Of a DNA stretch of 64,000 nt, positions 30,074 to 37,825 are shown piece by piece. How positions within the stretch are numbered: the stretch's first letter is position 1; every line of letters begins with the position of its first letter. A program made the translations under genes and the position numbers. The notes below the pieces were generated by a model. The model was not told where the DNA came from. It made no database searches and saw only the letters and a program-made list of their open reading frames with translations. The DNA comes from Nitrososphaeria archaeon. GTDB taxonomy: Archaea; Thermoproteota; Nitrososphaeria; JACIWG01. The stretch covers positions 43,586 to 107,585 of the forward strand of contig JBEKIG010000006.1 of NCBI GenBank assembly GCA_050011875.1, given 5' to 3'.

Positions 30074-30658
30074 ATGACTGAACAACCCAAGCCGGACACT
30101 TCAAAAGTGGAAAAAGTAGAAGTAGATAAGTGGAACGAGGAGACTAAAAAGGGTCTCAGGAACCTGCAGGTAGCCATAGAAAACCTGGCGGACAGCAAGC
30201 ACGAGAAGCTTGAAGCCAACGCCGCAAGAACCTTCAAAGAACTTCGATGGATGATTTGGATAACGTTCGCCTTCGGACTTGGATTAGTATTAACTTCCGT
30301 TGTGTTCTTTGTTGCGGGCAAAGGGACCTTATCTGTGCTCGGCCTCGGCAGCTTGGGGGTAGCGGATTGGTTAGCCCTATTCTTCTACAAGCCGATGGAC
30401 CGATTGCAAGAAGCCGACAAGGATTACCTCCAACAAATGATAGTCGTAAAGGGCTGGGCACTGTCAATCAGTCTGGAGATGCTCGCCATGAAAGTCGATA
30501 ATTATCAAAGCATGATCGCCGCCTCGAAGAACATCCGATCTGCGACCTACTTTGCTGTTTGTTCGCTTAATGAATTCGTTTTGCCAACTCAGCCTCCTCA
30601 GGAAGGAGAGAGCAGTACGCAACCAACCCAGACGACACCTCCTAGCAAAAAGCTCTGA
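30074..30658 (+). CDS. Hypothetical 2-TM membrane protein
   Basis: Helical N-terminus, two adjacent hydrophobic segments and a Pro/Thr/Gln tail. Confidence 0.7.
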   Translation: MTEQPKPDTSKVEKVEVDKWNEETKKGLRNLQVAIENLADSKHEKLEANAARTFKELRWMIWITFAFGLGLVLTSVVFFVAGKGTLSVLGLGSLGVADWLALFFYKPMDRLQEADKDYLQQMIVVKGWALSISLEMLAMKVDNYQSMIAASKNIRSATYFAVCSLNEFVLPTQPPQEGESSTQPTQTTPPSKKL

Positions 30659-30927
30659 CTGGTTGATCCACATAGACATCTGTTGATAGCGGGATTGGTG
30701 GGATTAATGATCATATCGGTCTAATTTTGGGATTCAAATTAGAACCACAAATAAGTTATTGAGTTGACTCCCAGAACGAAAGTCGCCTGCTTATTTTCTG
30801 CGAATCTTCCTCATTTATAGACTGCGTAATATGATGTCGTAAAAAAGTAACCTATTAATCCGCAAAACATTTCTAGTATTGTCTATTAATGGCCATATTG
30901 TACCAGCTGTCTGGGGATGAGTCGAAT

Positions 30928-31425
30928 ATGGATTTTTTTGAAGTGGTAGAGAGAAGGAGAAGTATACGAAAGTTCAAGCCTGAGCCGATATCAACAACCG
31001 ATCTGAAAAAGATTCTGGAAGCCGCACGCCTGGCGCCTTCAGGCAGTAACCGCCAAGCGTGGTCTTTTATAGTGATAAGGGACTTGGAGACAAAGAAGCT
31101 AATATCCGTCGCTGCCAACAATCAAACCTTCATCGCCGACGCGGACACAATAATCGTAGCGCTAGCTAGATTACCGCACAGAAAAGATCCAATGATAGCC
31201 GTAGAGCACATGGTTCTGGCTGCGACAGCGCTCGGCTATGGAACATGTTGGATTGGGGCATTCGATGAGAGAAAGGTTAAGGATATTTTGAAAGTTCCTG
31301 AAGGCTGGGAAGTCATCGCCCTTCTTCCTGTCGGTGTTCCTGACGAGACTCCATTTGCCACACAAAGAAAAGCGTTCTCAGAAGTTTTTTTCAAAGAATC
31401 TTATGGGGTTCCATTAAAACTGTAA
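30928..31425 (+). CDS. Nitroreductase family protein
   Basis: RRSIRKF, ARLAPSGSNRQAW and ALGYGTCWIG. The ATG at 30928 is preferred over 30889. Confidence 0.9.
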   Translation: MDFFEVVERRRSIRKFKPEPISTTDLKKILEAARLAPSGSNRQAWSFIVIRDLETKKLISVAANNQTFIADADTIIVALARLPHRKDPMIAVEHMVLAATALGYGTCWIGAFDERKVKDILKVPEGWEVIALLPVGVPDETPFATQRKAFSEVFFKESYGVPLKL

Positions 31426-31462
31426 CTAGTACGTATTATTAGAACTGTAACTGGTATGTATT
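31413..31462 (+). repeat. 25-bp tandem duplication of the nitroreductase 3' end (3 mismatches)
   Basis: attaaaactgtaactagtacgtatt / attagaactgtaactggtatgtatt. Confidence 0.8.
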
Positions 31463-31606
31463 TTTTCCATCTCGAAGATCTTTACCCACAGCGATGAGAC
31501 TTTTAGAAAAAGAACCTTTTCCAGCGATAATTATCAGGATGCTTGAAACTATTATTACGACTGTTCTAAATATAGAACTATAATCTAGCGTCTCAATATT
31601 TGGTGC

Positions 31607-32254
31607 ATGAGCAAAAGCAGGGTAGGTTTCCTTTTAGCACTAGTCTTAGTTGTTATTGTAGTAGCCACGGCGATCATTGCCACAGATTTATTTCTGTCTA
31701 ACATGCATGTCTCCGTACCACCCCAGCCTACTGCCGCGTCCTCCTTCGACAGTGTAAACGGATTGAACCTCACACTTTCTTTGAGCTCGGTTTCCATCCA
31801 ACATGGGCAGGTCGTCGATATAGTAACAGATCTGACCAACACGCTGGACCACAACCAGACCCTGACAGAAGTCAACCGTTGGCCTTCAGCTCCAGGGCTG
31901 AGTTTAACACCCTGCCCAAACGTACAGTATCCCTTGGGGGTTGCGATCTACCGGGGACACTTTACGAACCAGAACATCTCTACTGCAACTTCTCTCTGGA
32001 TGTTTGGACCTGCATCCTGTCCCCTTTACGTTATGGCCGTAGACGGGTACCGGTTCTTGCCCAACAGTAATCTCGCGTTCCCCATGTTCCAAAATAGCAC
32101 ATCCACAAGTCAGCCTATGCGGATGGGCGCCGATTTCAACCTGAGTGGTCACTACGTCAACGGAACCTTGAAGGTCTTTCCTGCCGGCGAATATACAGTG
32201 GTCTCAGGCACCATGTGGGGAGACATCGCAGTACTTCACTTCACGGTGATTTAG
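31607..32254 (+). CDS. Membrane-anchored/secreted hypothetical protein
   Basis: N-terminal signal anchor, many N-x-S/T sequons, two Cys and a beta-rich C-terminus (GEYTVVSGTMWGDIAVLHFTV). Confidence 0.75.
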   Translation: MSKSRVGFLLALVLVVIVVATAIIATDLFLSNMHVSVPPQPTAASSFDSVNGLNLTLSLSSVSIQHGQVVDIVTDLTNTLDHNQTLTEVNRWPSAPGLSLTPCPNVQYPLGVAIYRGHFTNQNISTATSLWMFGPASCPLYVMAVDGYRFLPNSNLAFPMFQNSTSTSQPMRMGADFNLSGHYVNGTLKVFPAGEYTVVSGTMWGDIAVLHFTVI

Positions 32255-32477
32255 AGGAAATTCAGGAGTCTACACCCTCTTTTGAGATGCATAATTTTTT
32301 ATCCCTTTTAAAAGATCGATTGACTTATGTAGTGATGGTTAATTTAGGAAGTTGTAAGATTAACTTCGACATGCTTCCATTCTCTTCTGTTCTGATAGCT
32401 CTTTGGGAGATATCCTCTGAATTATCCTGATGCCATTCTTTCTTCTTTTAAAGGCCACTATTCCATGTTTTCTTTTC

Positions 32478-33485
32478 CTATGTTTTCTTACCTATTTTAA
32501 TTCCGTTTAATCTCGAGCAGATCTCACATCTCCCCTTCAGAGGTTCACCAGAAGCTATCCTCAGTACGATCTTTGATAACAATTCATCTGCTAACTTTTT
32601 TGTATCATAATACTTCGACTCTACTTTAATCCTCTCATCAATCATCTCATTCAACTTCGCATCAGTTCTCAGCTTATCTAAGAAGCTTCGAACCTCTTCC
32701 CCGTACCCTTTGGCAGAAATCTCTTTATTGCCTAAGGAATCGTAGACAGGACTTGAAGTGTCGATCGCCCTATCTAATCCTTCGAACTTGTATCCCCTGA
32801 GCCTGTTCTCGATTGCTACATAAACTAGTTCTGCAGAGCCTTCAAGTGCATCCTTTGGAACCTTAAGTTCATCAAACCTTTCTCTTATCCGGTGCTCGAT
32901 TTCTTCTTTTAGGAGTTTTTCCTTCTGCTTCCTTTCGGCCGTAAGTGATATTGCTTCTTCAACCTTCTCCTTTTCCATAGGATATGCTTGTAGATGTGAC
33001 ATAACATGCGGTTTAGTCTGCGACATATAACGTAAGCTGAATTGCAATTCGGATGATCTTACAACCTTCAAATCGGTTGTTACTGCAGACTTCATATAAG
33101 TTGTTTCTGTCACAGGCTGGCCCTCTGGTTTCATAACATAGTCTCTTAGGATATTGGGGGAAATGAATTCTTCAAGTATTCCGCCGTAATCATGGGATAG
33201 GGATATGAATCCCGCCACCAAGTTTTTGCTGTGTTCTAGCAAGGCTTGATACTTCTCACCTGTAGCGAACGGTTCAACTGATTCGAACCACTTATAGACC
33301 CCTCTTTCCTTCTTTACGAGAACCCCTGATTCAACAAGGGTTTTTAGACATCTTTCAATAGTTCTTTTAAGGCCTTTTTTTCCTTTGATCTCTTTTGAAA
33401 GAATATCTACTAACTCGTCATGCTTCATTTCCCCGCGCGTTCTCAGATTACCGATGATCAATTTAATTGCTTCTTCCCATTTCAT
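32478..33485 (-). CDS. Winged-helix DNA-binding protein with C-terminal CxxC
   Basis: N-terminal EMKHDELVDIL...KRTIERCLKTLVESGVLVKKERGVY wHTH, a helical body, and LKGRCEIC at the end. Confidence 0.72.
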   Translation of the reverse strand: MKWEEAIKLIIGNLRTRGEMKHDELVDILSKEIKGKKGLKRTIERCLKTLVESGVLVKKERGVYKWFESVEPFATGEKYQALLEHSKNLVAGFISLSHDYGGILEEFISPNILRDYVMKPEGQPVTETTYMKSAVTTDLKVVRSSELQFSLRYMSQTKPHVMSHLQAYPMEKEKVEEAISLTAERKQKEKLLKEEIEHRIRERFDELKVPKDALEGSAELVYVAIENRLRGYKFEGLDRAIDTSSPVYDSLGNKEISAKGYGEEVRSFLDKLRTDAKLNEMIDERIKVESKYYDTKKLADELLSKIVLRIASGEPLKGRCEICSRLNGIKIGKKT

Positions 33486-33571
33486 TTGTCGCTACCGTAT
33501 ACTGTAAATTGGAACTTTGTTAATAAAATTTTCGCATCAGAACTTAAAGCGACAAAAATCAAGCGACAAAA
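33485..33571. promoter_or_regulatory. Three AGCGACAAA motifs (two direct, one inverted) in the divergent promoter
   Basis: tttgtcgct at 33485-33493; aagcgacaaaa at 33547-33557 and 33561-33571, the last followed directly by TATA-like tttaaaaa. Confidence 0.55.
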
Positions 33572-33609
33572 GTTTAAAAAGGTGGCCATAAATCCAGAAG
33601 TGATATTAA

Positions 33610-34662
33610 ATGATAAAAATAAAAAATAAGAATCCGGTGTCCGGACAGAACACCGGAAAGGAGGACATTAGTGAAGATAATCCTGGCTCAGAGAAGCAGA
33701 GCGGGGCATCCGAGCTAGATGTCGCACAATTGAAGCGTCTTCTGAAAGAAGGAAAGTTACCATCAGGAAGAAGTCCTGAGGAACATCAGCAGTTCTTTGA
33801 AGAATTGCGTAGATCTGCTGAAGTTCTCGGACACTTACATCCAGTCCTAAGGACGCAATTTGGCATAGCTGCAGGTAGTTCACGGCTTGAAGCTGATCCC
33901 AACTGGCCTGTAAGGGACGTCCCAGTAAAAAACCCTTACAATTATTACCGATTGATGGCAGGTGATAATCAACGGGAAGAAAAGACAAACGAATGGTGGA
34001 AAGCGGTCATAATACTAGCGGCTAACGAACTTGTGGAAAGGGGCATTCCAAAGGGCGAGATATCGAAAAAGTTGTATAAAGACTTCCCAATTGGAAGGGC
34101 CAGACTGTTAAGGCTACTTCCCGCGGAGTTCAAGGATTTGCATCAATCAAATGCGGCTCAGGCTTCAGCGCAAAAGAGACAGGCAGAGGCTTACAGGAAA
34201 CTTATGGAAAGGGAAAAGTTCGAAAAGGAAAGAAGACGGAAGGAGGAGGAAAGGGAAGCGGCGATGGCTATGGGGAAATTCGTCCGCTACAGTGACAGAT
34301 TTCCTTCAGATGTTTCAGATGTAAGGGTGTCCATAGAAGAAACAACTCCAACGGAAACCGAGAATATGATAGTGTCTGAGCTTGTAAATGTTGGGATCAG
34401 GTACATACCATCGGCGGTTTTTCCATATAGAGACAAATCACAGGAGGAGACAGCTCCCCATAAGGTGTATGTGATCCCCATATACATTGAAAGAGGTAAA
34501 CATGCCATAGGTTTGGATGTCGAAGGAAGTCCTGCATCCAAAGATGAAGAAGCCCGTTCAAAATATTTCAAGAAACGCGGCATCAGCTTGGTATGGATCC
34601 CTAAAGAATTTGCCGTAAAATATTCAGATATCTTGGCGCAAATCATTAGGGCGTTGATCTAA
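33610..34662 (+). CDS. ParB/Srx-like N-domain + HTH + degenerate DUF559/Vsr-like nuclease-fold protein
   Basis: EELRRSAEVLGHLHPVL...IAAGSSRL...DNQRE (ParB-like), GEISKKL...RARLLRLLPAEFK (HTH), and TETENMIVSEL...IGLDVEG...DEEARSKYFKKRGISLVWIP (DUF559-like). Confidence 0.62.
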   Translation: MIKIKNKNPVSGQNTGKEDISEDNPGSEKQSGASELDVAQLKRLLKEGKLPSGRSPEEHQQFFEELRRSAEVLGHLHPVLRTQFGIAAGSSRLEADPNWPVRDVPVKNPYNYYRLMAGDNQREEKTNEWWKAVIILAANELVERGIPKGEISKKLYKDFPIGRARLLRLLPAEFKDLHQSNAAQASAQKRQAEAYRKLMEREKFEKERRRKEEEREAAMAMGKFVRYSDRFPSDVSDVRVSIEETTPTETENMIVSELVNVGIRYIPSAVFPYRDKSQEETAPHKVYVIPIYIERGKHAIGLDVEGSPASKDEEARSKYFKKRGISLVWIPKEFAVKYSDILAQIIRALI

Positions 34663-34764
34663 AATGGTGGAATTTTTAAAGCCATAATGTGATAAGGTAG
34701 ATAAACTCGTAGCACTTCATCCAGTTATAAGAATGCACGAAATTGCTGCAGGAGAAATTAGGCT

Positions 34765-34953
34765 TCAAGCGTTTTCTTCTATGTGTTCAGTTTCTTCAAC
34801 ATTTTCTTCAAATTCGTCGGAATTTTCTGTCTCAGTTTCTTCGTCCTCTTCTGTGTCTTCCATATCTTTTTCCCAATTTTCTTCTTCCTGTTTTTCAGAT
34901 TTACTATTTTTTTTCACAGGTTTTTTGCTGTCTTTAACCTCTGCATTAGGCAT
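34765..34953 (-). CDS. Small highly acidic protein (62 aa)
   Basis: 26 of 62 residues are Asp/Glu, after a Lys-rich N-terminus. TATA-like ctttaaataa lies about 30 nt upstream on the minus strand. Confidence 0.5.
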   Translation of the reverse strand: MPNAEVKDSKKPVKKNSKSEKQEEENWEKDMEDTEEDEETETENSDEFEENVEETEHIEENA

Positions 34954-35435
34954 AAGATCGCAATTAAGCGGTTTATTGTTTTATTTAAAGTTAATTTTAA
35001 AAAGAAAGCTGTTACTGGTTTCTTGCTCGCAGTTAAACCGCATAAGAATCTCTATTTAACTGGTGAATAAGGGCTCCTTTATATAGGGGGACCACTATTA
35101 GAAATCGATAGATATGTGCCTTAACGGAACTTACATTAAAGAAGAATACCTGAACGGGAGCATAGGCTATCAGCGTCGACTTAGAAGCTATAGGAACGGA
35201 TAGCGAGCCTTAATTTTTGTCCACGAAGTTAATGAGAGCCAAAAGTTGTTATGACTTTTTGCTAATCTGTTTTTAATTTTTTTTATGGATAAATCGTTAC
35301 CTGATCTTTATGAGCATGTTATCTAATGATTGTTCATTATATATTATATGATAGCGTTGGGAAGAGAAAAGGACGACTTTATAGGTAGTAAACAATTTCA
35401 GATACTACTTCATATATTAGGAAACATTTGAAAAG

Positions 35436-35954
35436 TTAGGGAATGTTTCTAGATGTAACATTTACGATTTCAGCGAAGTAGCACGTGTGATAGTCTCCTT
35501 TGTCGTAGAATCTTTTTTTCATATCACTTGGAATATCCTTTTTAACAATCCTTTTCTTGAACATAACTTTACATTCCAACGTGACGAGACAATCGGATAA
35601 GGTTGGGCTCTTCACCGCTTTCGAAGGCTGAACCTTAAGGCCGAGCTTTTTAATTTTATCAACTTTTCTTCCTGTCTCAGTGCCGCAAAAGTCTATGACC
35701 TTTTTAAATCCTTCAGGAGGAACGTTTACCGTAAAATCGCCGGATTGCTCGATCAGTTCATATGTATACCTCGACTTCCTTATGAAGGCGATAAAGAAAG
35801 GCTTCGACCAGAGTACCCCTACTTCGCCCCACCCGATCGTCATGACGTTGCTTTTTCCGTCTGCTCCGGATGATGCGACCAGTAGGCCTTCTTTTGCAAG
35901 AGTGGTATTGATCAAAGATGAAAATTTATAAACATTTGAGAGATTTGATGGCAT
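35436..35954 (-). CDS. Flavin reductase-like (DIM6/NTAB) FMN-binding protein
   Basis: NVMTIGWG, SRYTYELI, FTVNVP, CGTETGR, LECKV and GDYHTCYFAEI. Confidence 0.87.
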   Translation of the reverse strand: MPSNLSNVYKFSSLINTTLAKEGLLVASSGADGKSNVMTIGWGEVGVLWSKPFFIAFIRKSRYTYELIEQSGDFTVNVPPEGFKKVIDFCGTETGRKVDKIKKLGLKVQPSKAVKSPTLSDCLVTLECKVMFKKRIVKKDIPSDMKKRFYDKGDYHTCYFAEIVNVTSRNIP

Positions 35955-36473
35955 ATTAAATTTTTTAGCGAGTTATCATAATAAAGGTTTCTTTAAAAGA
36001 AGATATGTGCAAAGCGTTTGATAGGACCCAGATAGGGAAAGGGGGTAAATGCAAAGCGGTGACGTTTACCTTTTTGGTTGATTGACTGTTTTTTTATCAT
36101 TGTTGTTCGGCTCAAACGGAAAATCGGCAAAAAAGTTTGCGCAAACGCTTTTTGTCGGCTCAAATTAATATCGTCATGCATGAGAGCAACATATGAATAA
36201 ATAATGCACAGGGGGATTTGCTTGAGCATATCAGCAGAACTTTAGCGTTAATTGTGCATGATATTTTTTGTTTGAGCCGGAATTATCCAAGGTTATCAAA
36301 TGATATTATAAAACGATATTTTATAATTATAACATTAACCAATTTGGTATAATAATTATGATGTCATTGAATTCAGGGAACCTTGGGATGAACTCAGGTT
36401 TCGCTAGGCCCCTAAGGTCTAACCAGACTCTCTGAGCTTCTTTACCTTCTTTCTGACCCAACCAATCAGGGTA

Positions 36474-37355
36474 TCAGATAAGTTTTCCTTTTGCTATCAT
36501 AGTTACTTTACCACCAACATTAACGTCTATCCACTTTTTTTTATCTTCAGCTTTAATGAGAAGCAGAGAAGGCCTTCCTATTTCATAACCTTGTTCCACT
36601 CGGATATTTATCCGATCTTTACTAAAATATTTGTATTTAACTAAATATCCAGCCAGACAGCCATTTGCACTACCGGTAGCCGGATCCTCATGTACGCCAT
36701 AATAATCAGCAAAAAATCGTGCACTAAGATTATTTTTTTTCTTGCGGGTTTCTGAACAAAAAATTAGTATACCTTTTGCCGATAAATTTTCTATCAAATC
36801 GAAGTATTTCTGCATATCAATTTTAGCTCTTTTTAAAGCGTCCAAAGATCTTAATGGAACTATTATTGAAGGAAGACCAGTGGAAACTTCTTGGATAGGA
36901 AACCTATCATCTAAATCAGCCTTATTAAGGGATAAAACTTCTGACAAAGATTCTGCCTCTAAAATACGCCCAAATGTAGGTTGTGGTTGTTTCATCCAAA
37001 GAATATCTTTTTCATGGCTCAGCCGACCAAATGTCACAGTAATTTTTCCCGCTTTCAAATTTAAGATAATGTTGTTGACATCCGATTTAATAATTTCTTG
37101 TCTTATCACGTAGGCTGTACCAAGAGTCGGGTGGCCCGCAAAAGGGGCCTCTTTTTCTGGTGTAAAGATACGAACATTATATCCGGCATCTTTTTTTCTA
37201 CTTGAAAATATAAATGTCGTCTCAGAATAATGCATTTCTTGGGCAATTTTCTGCATTTCAGTACCATTGAGTGTTTTTGAACTAATAACAACTGCCAATT
37301 GGTTGCCTGAATACTTTGTTACAGCAAAAACATCTAGTATATAGAAGTTTAGCAT
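36474..37355 (-). CDS. PhzF family isomerase/epimerase
   Basis: DVFA...GNQLAV, SETTF, RIFTPEKEAPFAGHPTLG, EDPATGSANG and EQGYEIGRPS. Confidence 0.92.
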   Translation of the reverse strand: MLNFYILDVFAVTKYSGNQLAVVISSKTLNGTEMQKIAQEMHYSETTFIFSSRKKDAGYNVRIFTPEKEAPFAGHPTLGTAYVIRQEIIKSDVNNIILNLKAGKITVTFGRLSHEKDILWMKQPQPTFGRILEAESLSEVLSLNKADLDDRFPIQEVSTGLPSIIVPLRSLDALKRAKIDMQKYFDLIENLSAKGILIFCSETRKKKNNLSARFFADYYGVHEDPATGSANGCLAGYLVKYKYFSKDRINIRVEQGYEIGRPSLLLIKAEDKKKWIDVNVGGKVTMIAKGKLI

Positions 37356-37640
37356 CTATATTGCTAATATTATCTTGAAGATATAAAGCTAATATTATGT
37401 AAAGTTTATGCGTATGACAACACTTGAATCCCTCATAAAAATATGATAATTTAAGACATCAGAAAGAACAAAAAAATCAGACAGAAACTTCCCATCAGTC
37501 TAAACGCGTCCAGAAGCGACTGCGGAATTCGTTTGAGATGCACTATTCTTAAGGAAGAAAGAATGCCTATCCAAATAATTTATTTCTAATATCATATGTA
37601 TAATAGAAATGGGCTGGCTCTGGGCGAAAGTCTGATCGAA

Positions 37641-37660
37641 GGTGCAGGGGGTGAGATTTC
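37641..37660 (-). other. tRNA 3'-end-like fragment (tRNA-Leu-like), possible att remnant
   Basis: The reverse complement gaaatctcaccccctgcacc resembles the ...AATCCCACCCCCTGCACCA ending typical of archaeal tRNA-Leu. It lies immediately before the defence island. Confidence 0.45.
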
Positions 37661-37825
37661 AGCAGTAATTTACCGGTAAATTATTAGGAGAACCACTAGG
37701 TTCAAGTTTGGTGTGTTCTATACCTAAATTGATTTAAGTTTTTGAGATTCTATAATGTCCCGAATTGAATAAGGTTCTCTGAAAAAATAAAGTTTAAATT
37801 TGCCCTCTTTCTAAACAAAGCTAAA

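Noticed and set aside
27700-37400. Integron-like cassette array explaining the many stand-alone genes
   Set aside because: Genes are in mixed orientation with their own promoters, and no recurring attC-like structure or integrase was seen.
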